Source of the DNA: Bacteroidia bacterium
GTDB taxonomy: Bacteria > Bacteroidota > Bacteroidia > J057
Assembly: GCA_019695295.1 (NCBI GenBank)
Contig: JAIBAH010000011.1
Span: 2,956-66,955, forward strand
Reading direction: 5' to 3'
DNA: 64,000 nt
Under the pieces are notes generated by a model that had not been told where the DNA came from, did no database searches, and was given only the letters and a program-made list of their open reading frames with translations. Of this stretch, positions 40,378 through 49,550 are shown piece by piece. Each line of letters begins with the position of its first letter. Positions within the stretch are counted from its first letter, which is position 1. The position numbers and the translations under genes were made by a program.

Positions 40378-41361
40378 TTAATCTACCTTATTTTTCAACT
40401 CCATTCCCTGCTCAAAAGCATTTACATTTTCAAGCGTAGTTTGCGCAATTTCGGTCATTGCCTCTTCTGTAAAAAATGCCTGATGTGCTGTAACCAGAAC
40501 ATTTGGAAAAGACATCAGGCGTAAAATTAACTCATCCTGAATCACAAACTCTGAAAAATCTCTGAAAAACAATTTATCTTCCTGCTCATATACATCAAGT
40601 CCCAAATAGCCCAAATGACCTGATTTCAATGATTTTACAACCGCTTTTGTATCAATCAGGCCGCCTCTGCCCGTATTGATGAGCATTGAGCCCTTTTTCA
40701 TCAGCATCAAAGATTCGGCATTGATAAGGTAATGGGTAGCTTCATTCAAAGGACAATGCAGGGAAATAATATCCGATTTTTGTAATAGTTCGGGTAAGTC
40801 TGTGTAAATCACTCCCATTTTTATTAATTCCTCATCCTGATGAATATCATAAGCCATCACCTTACACCCCAAACCCAGCATAATTCGGCAGAATACCGCA
40901 CCGATTTTTCCTGTGCCTACTACGCCTACTGTTTTTTGGTACAAATCAAACCCCATTAACCGCTCTAAAGAAAAATTGCCTTCCCGTACACGATTATAGG
41001 CTTTGTGCGTTTTGCGGTTGAGCGTCAATATTAAGGCCAAAGTATGCTCTGCAACGGCATGAGGCGAATAGGCAGGTACCCGCACCACCGTCAGTCCGTA
41101 TTGCTTTGCAGCCTGAAGGTTTACATTATTATAACCCGCACAACACATTGCAATGAGTTTTACTCCCATTTCGGCTAAAGCACCCATCACCGCTTCATTC
41201 AATTTATCATTCACAAAAGCACAAACTGCCCCACTTCCTTTTGCAAGTATTACCGTTTCTTCGCTCAAAGGAACATCCACAAAATGTAAATCATGGATTT
41301 GATTATTCACCTCAAACCAGGCTTTGTCGTAGGATTGTGTAGAAAAAAACGTAATTCTCAT
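40378..41361 (-). CDS. ldhA: D-lactate dehydrogenase (D-isomer-specific 2-hydroxyacid dehydrogenase)
   Basis: It appears collinear by eye with my recollection of E. coli LdhA: VVRVPAYSPHAVAEH, GVVGTGKIG, SLHCPL, NTGRGGLID and TAHQAFFT. Confidence 0.8.
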   Translation of the reverse strand: MRITFFSTQSYDKAWFEVNNQIHDLHFVDVPLSEETVILAKGSGAVCAFVNDKLNEAVMGALAEMGVKLIAMCCAGYNNVNLQAAKQYGLTVVRVPAYSPHAVAEHTLALILTLNRKTHKAYNRVREGNFSLERLMGFDLYQKTVGVVGTGKIGAVFCRIMLGLGCKVMAYDIHQDEELIKMGVIYTDLPELLQKSDIISLHCPLNEATHYLINAESLMLMKKGSMLINTGRGGLIDTKAVVKSLKSGHLGYLGLDVYEQEDKLFFRDFSEFVIQDELILRLMSFPNVLVTAHQAFFTEEAMTEIAQTTLENVNAFEQGMELKNKVD

Positions 41362-41423
41362 ATTGCTTAATATAGTAATGTTTATCAGGACACAGATAAA
41401 AAAGTAGTTTTTTTATTCAGAAT

Positions 41424-41477
41424 CTTTTGTTTTTGGGTCATTAAAGTGTAGCCGAAATGTAACCCAAAACAAAAAAC
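41424..41477 (-). terminator. long hairpin downstream of the AI-2E transporter gene
   Basis: A ~14-bp stem ttttgtttttgggt/acccaaaacaaaa (one-base slip) has a 23-nt loop. It lies between the transporter stop (41565) and the ldhA start (41361). Confidence 0.4.
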
Positions 41478-41564
41478 TGTCTAAGTCCTGATTTCTCTAC
41501 TTTTTATACGCAGAATAAGGCCTGTAGTTAAGAAAAAGCTATCTATAATTTCTTTAACAGTGAC

Positions 41565-42611
41565 TCATTCCCCCAAAAGTTCCGACAAATAACGAAGTTT
41601 CGGGCTTTTATCCGCAATTAATTTTACAATACTTACCATAGGAATAAGCAGAATCATTCCTGCCGCCCCCCATAGCATTCCGCCAAATATAATCATTATA
41701 AAAACAATCAGGGTATTGATTTTTAATTTTTTACCGACAGCAAGCGGGAAGATAAGATAAGCTTCCAAAGTTTGGACAAACCCAAAAACAAATACCACAG
41801 CCAGCGGGTACCAGATAGAATTATACGTTACCCAGGCTACTGTAATTGGCAGCAGCGAAGCAATCATAATGCCCACGTAGGGAATAAAAGTAAGTATCGC
41901 CGCAATGCAACCAAATAAAACCGGGTGGGGCACTCCTATCAGGGCAAGCCCAATACTGTTAAGAATCCCTACGACAAGATAGACAATCGCCATTCCTTTG
42001 ATAAAATTGTAATACGTATGAATACTCTCCGTCAGAATTTCATAAATGGAACTTTGGCTTTCTGAGGGGAAAAACTGATAGAGGGCGTTCGCTAATTTGT
42101 TTCGGTAAAGCAGTATAAGAGAAGAAAAAATGGGAATCATCATCAGAAAAAACAACCCTTCGGAGAAAGAAGAAGCTGTACTTCCCAGGATGCTGAATAC
42201 TTTATTTCCGGCATTATTTGCCAGATCATTCAGCATCTCTGCTTGTTTTTTCGTGCTTAATCCTAATTTTTCAGTCAGCAACAGACTTACCTGCTGCACG
42301 GTTTCCAATAATTTCCCTTTTATATTAATCCATTCAGCGGTAAACTCCATGAGCTGGGAAATCAGTAGCCAGGATAAGCCCCCCAAAACCATGATCACCA
42401 GAAAAACAGGCAACGTAATCGCAACGCCCCGATTTATTCCCTTATTTTCCAGCCACTTACAAACGGGATATAATATAAAACTAATCAAAAGAGAAAAACT
42501 CAGCGGAATAAGCAACGTTTTACCCAGATATAAAATGAGGATAGAAAATACAAATACCTGTACAATCATCAGTATTTGCTGCAATGAGTCTTTTGATTTG
42601 AGAGGGTTCAT
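41565..42611 (-). CDS. AI-2E family transporter (PerM/YhhT-like permease)
   Basis: It encodes 348 aa with 7-8 TM helices. The C-terminal core (…TFIPYVG…, LIFPLAVGKKLKINTL, GAAGMILLIP) is typical of the family. Confidence 0.75.
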   Translation of the reverse strand: MNPLKSKDSLQQILMIVQVFVFSILILYLGKTLLIPLSFSLLISFILYPVCKWLENKGINRGVAITLPVFLVIMVLGGLSWLLISQLMEFTAEWINIKGKLLETVQQVSLLLTEKLGLSTKKQAEMLNDLANNAGNKVFSILGSTASSFSEGLFFLMMIPIFSSLILLYRNKLANALYQFFPSESQSSIYEILTESIHTYYNFIKGMAIVYLVVGILNSIGLALIGVPHPVLFGCIAAILTFIPYVGIMIASLLPITVAWVTYNSIWYPLAVVFVFGFVQTLEAYLIFPLAVGKKLKINTLIVFIMIIFGGMLWGAAGMILLIPMVSIVKLIADKSPKLRYLSELLGE

Positions 42612-42921
42612 AATTCACACTAAATTAATAAGGCTTGTCTATGGTTTTACAAATATAGGGGTTTTAAGCTAAAAACAAAATCCTTCTGCATAAAAAAAAA
42701 CAAAATTCAGGAAAAACAGAAGTTTTGAATATGACACAAAACTCAACTCCATTCCCACATAATTACCATACAGTTTTCCATTAATTCCCCTCCAAATCTG
42801 AACAAATAAAAAAAATCTGTTACTTTTCAAAAAAAAATCATCTAAAAAGCAATGCAGGTAATTCTAATTGTGTAATATTGCAGATAGTAGTTAGTTATCA
42901 ATATTTTAAATCACATTAATC

Positions 42922-43821
42922 ATGAAAAATTTTTTACTGTGGTTATTACTTTTTATTTTGTTACTGTGGACGCTTTTAGGTACAATATGGTATAAAAACA
43001 CCTGTTGTGATTGTTGTTCCCTGAAAGCTTCTCATCCTTTAGTAATAACCGATGGTCCGGAAACGGTTGTCAGGGCGAATGACAATGTCAGGTTCGACAT
43101 GAACGGTGCGGCTCCGGGAATTGGAGCAGAAGTAAGGGATGCTTACGGGCAACTTGCGGATTACCTTAAGAAAAATCCGGGTAAAACGCTTACGATTACA
43201 GGCAGGTACTCCGAAAACGAAACGGCTCCTTCCGGATTTGAAAATATGGGCTTAGCCCGGGCGGATGCCATAAAGAAATACCTGATTCAAACGGGTATTC
43301 CCGAAAAACAACTGAAAACAGCTGCTGTATTGGACAAAGCCCTGTTTGCTGACGGAAAATCCGTTTTTGGTGGAATGGGGTATGATTTTTCTAATGCGGC
43401 AAACGTTCCGGATTCGGCAGCGGTAGCAAAACTGCTTTCAGAAAAAACAAATTCAGGTGATAAAAGCAGATCTGACGCAATTTCTGTCACTCCTTTTACT
43501 TTGTACTTTGGAACCAATAACAACAAAATTGAGCTTTCTCAGGAGCAAACACAATTATTTGTTCAAATGATTCAGTTCCTTTCCCAAAGTCCGGAGTCAA
43601 AGGTAAATATCTCAGGGCACACCGACAATGTAGGAAAAGAAGCTTCCAACAAAGCACTTTCTTTGAAACGGGCAGAGTTCGCCAAAAAGTTCTTTATAAG
43701 CAAAGGTATTCCTCAAAACAGAATTATGGTAGAGGGCTTAGGTTCATCCAAACCGGTAGCTGACAACAGTACTGAAGAAGGAAGGGCCAGAAACAGAAGA
43801 ACTGAGGTATCTGTAAAATAA
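42922..43821 (+). CDS. OmpA-family peptidoglycan-binding protein
   Basis: It has an N-terminal TM or signal anchor. The C-terminal OmpA_C motif reads ISGHTDNVG...SLKRAEFAKKFF...GLGSSKPVADNSTEEGRARNRRTEV. A degenerate second OmpA-like unit lies upstream. Confidence 0.8.
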   Translation: MKNFLLWLLLFILLLWTLLGTIWYKNTCCDCCSLKASHPLVITDGPETVVRANDNVRFDMNGAAPGIGAEVRDAYGQLADYLKKNPGKTLTITGRYSENETAPSGFENMGLARADAIKKYLIQTGIPEKQLKTAAVLDKALFADGKSVFGGMGYDFSNAANVPDSAAVAKLLSEKTNSGDKSRSDAISVTPFTLYFGTNNNKIELSQEQTQLFVQMIQFLSQSPESKVNISGHTDNVGKEASNKALSLKRAEFAKKFFISKGIPQNRIMVEGLGSSKPVADNSTEEGRARNRRTEVSVK

Positions 43822-43877
43822 TCTGATATTTTTTTTATTTAACTTTAAACAATTCATTATCAATAATAATAAAAATT

Positions 43878-44657
43878 ATGAACTGGTGTATTCTTATTCC
43901 AATAATTATAAGTTTAGTGTCAGCACTACTTGGCGGTTTGATAGGTTGTATGATTTGTCGCCGGAAAGCTGAAGAAAAAGAAAATTCGTATAATGCTTCG
44001 GCTAATTTGCATAATGCATGGGAAGGAAAATACAATGATTTATATGCTTCCCACCAAACACTTTTGGGTGACCTGAAAAACTGCAAAAATGAAAATGCAG
44101 CAATCAAATCTGAACTCGAAGCCGCAATCCACTCAAAAACAAGAATGGAAACTGACTTAAACACATGCAAAGCCGCTAAATCCGAACTCGAAGCTGAAAT
44201 CGCAAAACTCAAAGGAAAACTGCTGGAATTGGAGGAAAACGGAAAAGGACTGAGCATTATTCAGGGCGACCTGACTGCTTGTATGTCAAGTAAATCCGAA
44301 CTCGAAGCTGAAGTTGCTAAGCTAAAAGGAAAACTTTCCGAGTGCGGAGAAAATGTAAATGGACTAAGTCTTCAGTTGGCTGCATTTGCTACCCCACCTG
44401 AGCCGGATGATTTGAAAATCGTTGAGGGCATTGGACCAAAAATCGAAGAACTACTGAATAAAGGCGGTATCTACACCTTTAAGCAACTGGCGGATGCTCC
44501 GATTGAACGCTTACAAAGAATACTCGATGAGGCGGGCCCAAGATTTCAGATGCATAACCCGGGTACATGGCCTGAACAATCCAGGCTTTGCTATGAAGGA
44601 AAATGGGATGAATTAAAGAAACTGCAGGATGAACTAAAAGGAGGACGTCCTGACTAA
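43878..44657 (+). CDS. membrane-anchored coiled-coil protein with a C-terminal helix-hairpin-helix-like domain
   Basis: It has an N-terminal TM helix and three KSELEA(A/E)(I/V)... coiled-coil units. The C-terminus reads DDLKIVEGIGPKIEELLNKGGIYTFKQLA (HhH / DUF4332-like). Confidence 0.6.
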   Translation: MNWCILIPIIISLVSALLGGLIGCMICRRKAEEKENSYNASANLHNAWEGKYNDLYASHQTLLGDLKNCKNENAAIKSELEAAIHSKTRMETDLNTCKAAKSELEAEIAKLKGKLLELEENGKGLSIIQGDLTACMSSKSELEAEVAKLKGKLSECGENVNGLSLQLAAFATPPEPDDLKIVEGIGPKIEELLNKGGIYTFKQLADAPIERLQRILDEAGPRFQMHNPGTWPEQSRLCYEGKWDELKKLQDELKGGRPD

Positions 44658-44679
44658 AACCGAATACTGATACTATTTC

Positions 44680-44725
44680 AGAGGCTGACTATACGGGAAT
44701 ACCTGATAAGTCAGCCTCTTTTTTA
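44680..44725 (+). terminator. rho-independent terminator
   Basis: A perfect 11-bp stem agaggctgact/agtcagcctct is followed by T6. Confidence 0.75.
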
Positions 44726-44737
44726 TGACAATGATTG

Positions 44738-44915
44738 CACGCAAAAGATGGATTGTTTTTTCATGCAGAGTCGCAGAGAGCGCAAAGAAAGATGGTTTTT
44801 TCACACAAAGCCACATAGGGCCGCAAAGAGAGAGGGATTTTACCCAACAACCTTACCGACTTAGCGCCTCTGCGGGAGACTAATTCACCTATCACAAAAC
44901 AACCTTAGCGGGAGA
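44738..44915. repeat. intergenic cluster of degenerate tandem and inverted repeats
   Basis: There are three ~40-bp units of the form CA(C/T)(G/A)CA(A/G)AG...CGCAAAGA.AGA(T/G)GG.TTTT. Two units of AACCTTA..GCGGGAGA.T.ATT...TTCACC follow. GTCGCAGAGAGCGC and GCGCCTCTGCGGGA are partly complementary. Confidence 0.6.
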
Positions 44916-44921
44916 TTATTT

Positions 44922-46502
44922 TTACTGATTCACCTCAAAACGGATTCTGTCAAAGTCATCGTCTCCGTTTTCCAGTCTGAGCACCCCTCTCGGACATACT
45001 GAAGCACATACTCCGCAACCAACGCAGGAAGCCCTGACGATATTTTCCCCTCTTTGAGCATAAGCCCTGACATCTATTCCCATTTCGCAATAAGTAGAAC
45101 AATTACCGCAGGAAATACATTGTCCGCCATTGGTAGTGATTCTGAAACGGGACTTAAACCGCTGAATGATACCCATAATCGCTGCAAGCGGGCAACCAAA
45201 ACGGCACCACATCCGGTTTCCCATCAAAGGATAAAAACCCGTTCCAATCACTCCGGAAAAGATGGAACCAATCAGGAATCCATACCATTCTCTCAGATTA
45301 TAGGAAAACCCGAAACCTCCGGTAAAAAACGTAATCAATACCGCAATTGTCATCAGCACAGCAAAAACCAGTACTCCGTAAATCAGATATCTTTCTATTT
45401 TCCATGCTTTCAGGCTTTTATCTGATTGCTGACGAAAGGGGTCTCCCAAAGTTTCTGCAAGTCCCCCGCAACCACAAACCCAGGAACAATACCATCTTTT
45501 ACCATATTTCCAGGTCATTGCAGGAACCGCCACAAAAGATAACAATAACCCCCAAATTAAAAAAATCAGTCCGGTACGGACTCCAAAAAAAGTCATGCTC
45601 CCACCCGTATAACCCCAGTCTGCCTTGCCTGTAAAGGAATAAAGCCGGTATTCATAAAAGAAACTATAATCCAAAGGCCATGCAACATGAAACTGAATAT
45701 AAGGCTCATTCAAATAGGCAAGAATCTCAGGAATCATAAACGCAAACCCCAGCTGAAAAAAAATAACGCTCGCTGTACGAATTTGCTGATAACGGTTATG
45801 ACGATACTTTGCAAACATTCTGATTCCCATAATCGTAACCGCAAGACAATAAAGAATTCCGTACATAAACCAGCGGTCTCCTTCTCCGTTCTGAACCCAA
45901 AGGGATTTTAAGGTATCAAACAATGCAATTTGCTCGGTAATATATTTCGGATAAAAATATAAAACGATATAAAAAAGAATCAGAATTGTACCCAGAATAA
46001 TACCGGGAATTCCCCTGCTGAGCCATTTGGAGTGATAGATTCCGTTGTGCTTGATTCCCGGAAGTCCGTCGAGAAACATCGGGAGAATGTACATCATTCC
46101 GCCGAGAATGATACCGAAAAACAAAAGCCAGAAAAGACTGCTTTTATTCTCCGTAGCGAATCCGGTTCCCGAATATTTGGTGATATAAAAATTATAATCT
46201 TTAAACTCCGAAACCGGATTGATTTTTTTATCGGGCGTTGCATGATTGTTCGCTTCAATCTTCTCCCCTACCCTTTTCCATACTCCCTGCATTTCCCCGA
46301 ACAACTCCCCTTTACTCATTTCTTTTCCTTTCAGGCCAGATAATTCCGTAAAAAGCATCTCCTGATGTTCAGGCTTGATTTTCGCTTTCAGCTTTTCGAG
46401 GGTAGAATCGGCCACGGAATAGCGATTCAAAAAGGACAGACTTATAAAAACGGCCAAAACTGCCAGCAAAATCCCTGCTCCTGTTTTTTTTATAAATTCC
46501 AT
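44922..46502 (-). CDS. membrane polyferredoxin, NapH/YccM-like (4Fe-4S binding)
   Basis: It has multiple TM helices and two W-C-x3-C motifs (WYCSWVCGCGG, MWCRFGCPLA). Two CxxCxxCxxxC(P) clusters are at the C-terminus (CISCGNCSTYCEMG, CVGCGVCASVCPRG). Confidence 0.75.
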   Translation of the reverse strand: MEFIKKTGAGILLAVLAVFISLSFLNRYSVADSTLEKLKAKIKPEHQEMLFTELSGLKGKEMSKGELFGEMQGVWKRVGEKIEANNHATPDKKINPVSEFKDYNFYITKYSGTGFATENKSSLFWLLFFGIILGGMMYILPMFLDGLPGIKHNGIYHSKWLSRGIPGIILGTILILFYIVLYFYPKYITEQIALFDTLKSLWVQNGEGDRWFMYGILYCLAVTIMGIRMFAKYRHNRYQQIRTASVIFFQLGFAFMIPEILAYLNEPYIQFHVAWPLDYSFFYEYRLYSFTGKADWGYTGGSMTFFGVRTGLIFLIWGLLLSFVAVPAMTWKYGKRWYCSWVCGCGGLAETLGDPFRQQSDKSLKAWKIERYLIYGVLVFAVLMTIAVLITFFTGGFGFSYNLREWYGFLIGSIFSGVIGTGFYPLMGNRMWCRFGCPLAAIMGIIQRFKSRFRITTNGGQCISCGNCSTYCEMGIDVRAYAQRGENIVRASCVGCGVCASVCPRGVLRLENGDDDFDRIRFEVNQ

Positions 46503-46511
46503 AGGATAATT

Positions 46512-47864
46512 TTATTTAACTATTTTTCCGGAAAACAAAGCCTTCACGCTGTCAAGACCTCTTTTTCTTTTTAAGTGAACTTTTATTCCCGTTTGGCTTT
46601 CATATTTTTTCAATAGTTCTGATTCATATTCATCAAAAAATTCAGGGTCAAAATTGGCAGTACCCAGATTTTCCAGTACAGAAAGAATAGAAGTTCCGGA
46701 AGCTATCCATTTTTCACACACCTCCTGACGATACCGAATTCCCATCAGATTAAAGCCTTTTACATTCTGAGTTGACTTATCCCACACAATCCGGATGGAC
46801 TTATCCCCTTTGGGGTGTTCCCAGTAAATTATGTCCTCCTCCGGTTTTAAGGTCGGGTTTATCTCTCCATATACCTGATATTCGATTTCAAAAAATTTGG
46901 CTGAATTAAACCAGACTCCCTGAATATAAGGCACAGACTCTCCGCAAATATTCTTCGCCAGAATCGGAGCCATAAGTTTTCCTGTGTACCAAACCGCTTC
47001 TACCGGCCGGCGGTGGGCTGCCGGATTTCGTAGTTCCGCACAATCCCCGATGGCATAGATTTCCGGAATATTCGTTTGCAGGAACTCATTGACGAGAATC
47101 CCTCTGTTTACTTCGATATCACTTCCTTTTAAGAGTTCAGTATTGGGGTGAACGCCTGCGGTAATCCCCACAAACTGACAGACTATTGTTTCTCCTTTAC
47201 CGGTCACGATTGCTTTGACTCTTCCGTTTTCATCCGGAATAATCTCCTTTAATTCGTTTTCCAGCATGAGGTTTACTCCTTTCTGAAGCCGGATATGACG
47301 ATTTACCATCTGAGACTCTTCCTCAGGGAGCACGATATTCCAGAAACTTTTTTCTCTTACCAAAAAGGTAACGGGAATATGCCTGGAATGAAACATCTCT
47401 GCCATCTCAATCCCGATTAACCCTCCTCCTACAATCACTGCATTACGGGTATCTGCCGAAAAAGCCTCCATGCTTTCAAGGTCCTGACGGAAATAAAGCC
47501 CCTGAACCCCTTTTGATTCCTGCCCTTTCCATCCAAAAAAATTAGGCTTAGACCCGGTAGCAATCACTAAACGGTCATACTGAATTTCTCCGTGTCCGGT
47601 TACCTCCAGCGTCCGGTTTCCGGTATTCAGCGCAGTTACCTTTCCCTGAATCAGGGATATCCGGTTTTTTTCCCAGAAATCATTTTCATAAGGCTGAGTA
47701 TGCTCAAACTTCATGTGTCCCATATAGACATACATCAGGGCGGTACGGGAAAAAAAATAGTCTGTCTCCTCAGAAATCATCACGATTTCATGATTGGATA
47801 TTTTACGGATATGCCGTGCGGCAGAACTTCCGGCAATACCATTACCGATAATCACTATTTTCAT
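46512..47864 (-). CDS. FAD/NAD(P)-dependent pyridine nucleotide-disulfide-type oxidoreductase
   Basis: A GxGxxG motif is at the N-terminus (KIVIIGNGIAGSSAA) and a second dinucleotide fold follows (AVIVGGGLIGIEMAE), with AIGDCAE. A C-terminal extension of unknown type is present. Confidence 0.85.
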   Translation of the reverse strand: MKIVIIGNGIAGSSAARHIRKISNHEIVMISEETDYFFSRTALMYVYMGHMKFEHTQPYENDFWEKNRISLIQGKVTALNTGNRTLEVTGHGEIQYDRLVIATGSKPNFFGWKGQESKGVQGLYFRQDLESMEAFSADTRNAVIVGGGLIGIEMAEMFHSRHIPVTFLVREKSFWNIVLPEEESQMVNRHIRLQKGVNLMLENELKEIIPDENGRVKAIVTGKGETIVCQFVGITAGVHPNTELLKGSDIEVNRGILVNEFLQTNIPEIYAIGDCAELRNPAAHRRPVEAVWYTGKLMAPILAKNICGESVPYIQGVWFNSAKFFEIEYQVYGEINPTLKPEEDIIYWEHPKGDKSIRIVWDKSTQNVKGFNLMGIRYRQEVCEKWIASGTSILSVLENLGTANFDPEFFDEYESELLKKYESQTGIKVHLKRKRGLDSVKALFSGKIVK

Positions 47865-47908
47865 AATCAGGATATTAAGATAAAAAATATTGATTCAGAG
47901 CCACCATA

Positions 47909-49048
47909 TTATTCATTCAGATTCCAGTCATATTCCCTGTAGGTAACTTTAGCATTGTCTTTCACCTCTACATCGGAGTATTTATTAATAAAGGCAATTA
48001 CTCCTCCGGCAGCGGCAAAATCATCCTTATACCATTCAAAAATTTTGGAAAGTTCCGCTTTCTTTTCAGATATTACATTGGCTTCCTTATTGTTAATAAA
48101 TGCCTTTGCCATTTTTTCAAGCTGAGCGTCCAGTTTTTCCGGCATGAAGGCTTCATTGTGCAGTTTCGGACAGGATTTGGCTGCACAATTTACCGCAAAG
48201 TGAATTCTTGGCTCCTTGAAAGTAGGGCGGATAATTTCATTTTCAATTTGATTCAGGGTATAGGTTTTATCCCCGATTTTTGCAATCGCCTGATCCCATG
48301 GCTTAGCGGTAATTTTGGTAATACTGGAAGTAGGATAATTTTCTATAATCATCTTTATCGTATTGGCATTATAGGCATTAATCCAGTAAGCGAGGCGTTT
48401 GTTTCTATCCCAGCTTTGTTGCGGTGGATTGGCTTCGAGCACTTCAAGGTACTCATACAATTTGTCTTTTTCGGACTTAATGCCTTTGTAGTCCACTTTT
48501 CCGGTTGAGGATACATATTTTTTGAGCAAATTATTGAAAACACTATGAGACAAATCCGGTTTTTTAGGGGAAGGGTCCTGCATTTTCTGAGGTTCAGATT
48601 TAGGCGCTTCGGCAGGAGGAGACTTGGGCCTTGGAGGAGGATTGGTACCGGGAGCCGGAGGAATTACCGCACCGGTAGAGGTCTGATTAGGGCTTTGAGG
48701 CGTGGTCGGGTTTCCGGATGATTTAACCGGAGGGGGTGGAGGTGTGTTTTTGGGGTCAGCAGAACTGGTTTTAGCGGTTGAAGGCTTAACCGGAGTATTA
48801 TTTCCGGGCGTAGTTGGATTCACCTTATTCGTGCTTTGCGGTAATTCAGCTGGATTCTCTGTAGTAACAGGAGGAGTTTCAGTACCGGGTACAGTATTGG
48901 TAAAAGTACTACTGTCAGGAGCAGTAACCGTATTTTGAAGAGTATCCTGAGAGACTGCGTTTTCTTCTCCTTCTTTTTTACTTCCACAGGAAGATAAAAT
49001 CACAGTAAACAGAAGCAGCGATAAAATACTAAAAAAAAGTTGTTTCAT
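47909..49048 (-). CDS. DUF547-domain lipoprotein with a Pro/Thr-rich N-terminal spacer
   Basis: A lipobox is present (VILSSC), followed by ~130 aa of low-complexity P/T/S-rich sequence. The C-domain carries LAYWINAYNANTI and HFAVNCAAKSCPKL, as in DUF547. Confidence 0.7.
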   Translation of the reverse strand: MKQLFFSILSLLLFTVILSSCGSKKEGEENAVSQDTLQNTVTAPDSSTFTNTVPGTETPPVTTENPAELPQSTNKVNPTTPGNNTPVKPSTAKTSSADPKNTPPPPPVKSSGNPTTPQSPNQTSTGAVIPPAPGTNPPPRPKSPPAEAPKSEPQKMQDPSPKKPDLSHSVFNNLLKKYVSSTGKVDYKGIKSEKDKLYEYLEVLEANPPQQSWDRNKRLAYWINAYNANTIKMIIENYPTSSITKITAKPWDQAIAKIGDKTYTLNQIENEIIRPTFKEPRIHFAVNCAAKSCPKLHNEAFMPEKLDAQLEKMAKAFINNKEANVISEKKAELSKIFEWYKDDFAAAGGVIAFINKYSDVEVKDNAKVTYREYDWNLNE

Positions 49049-49274
49049 TTTATTAAAATATCATTAAATGGATGAGCATTGAATTATTAAACGAAAATTA
49101 TCAACCCTGAGATGTCATTTTTGGGACGATTCTCAAAGAGAGTACTTTTTTGTATAAAGCAACGCAAGTTAATCAATAATCCGAGTTTATCAAATATTTT
49201 GAAAAATAAACACGATTAAGTTTTTAAAAAACGGAAAGTATTCAATAGTATGGGGCGTTTTTGGGTAAAAGCAA

Positions 49275-49302
49275 TAAAAAAACGGAACCAGTGATTCCGT
49301 TT
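49275..49302 (-). terminator. terminator downstream of tRNA-Leu
   Basis: On the minus strand the stem aacggaa/ttccgtt is followed by T7. Confidence 0.55.
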
Positions 49303-49311
49303 AAATTTATG

Positions 49312-49393
49312 TGCGGTTGGGGGGACTCGAACCCCCAAGCCTTGCGACACAGGCTTCTGAGACCTGCACGGTTACCAGTTTCGCCACAACCGC
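49312..49393 (-). tRNA. tRNA-Leu (anticodon CAG), class II with a long variable arm
   Basis: The minus strand reads GCGGTTG..., with acceptor stem GCGGTTG/CAACCGC. The anticodon stem CAGGT/GCCTG has loop CTCAGAA, giving anticodon CAG. The T arm is GGGGG-TTCGAGT-CCCCC, the discriminator is A, and CCA is not encoded. Confidence 0.85.
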
Positions 49394-49550
49394 ATTTGAG
49401 GGCACAAAAGTAGGAAGTTTTTATGGAAAGACTACAAAAAAATTTAACTTTTTCTGAAAAAAAACATACATTTCCTTTCCTTATATTCGCATATTATTGA
49501 ATTTCAGGCACTAATAATTTACCCTCAAAACAATATTTCAGGGAAAATTT

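Noticed and set aside
49049-49550. tRNA-Leu could be an integration site for a genomic island carrying either the AAA_5-DUF5682-vWA cassette or the DUF547 operon.
   Set aside because: There is no integrase, excisionase or transposase in the window. I could find no direct repeat of the tRNA 3' end by eye, and there is no visible shift in base composition. This cannot be excluded without a repeat search and comparative genomics.
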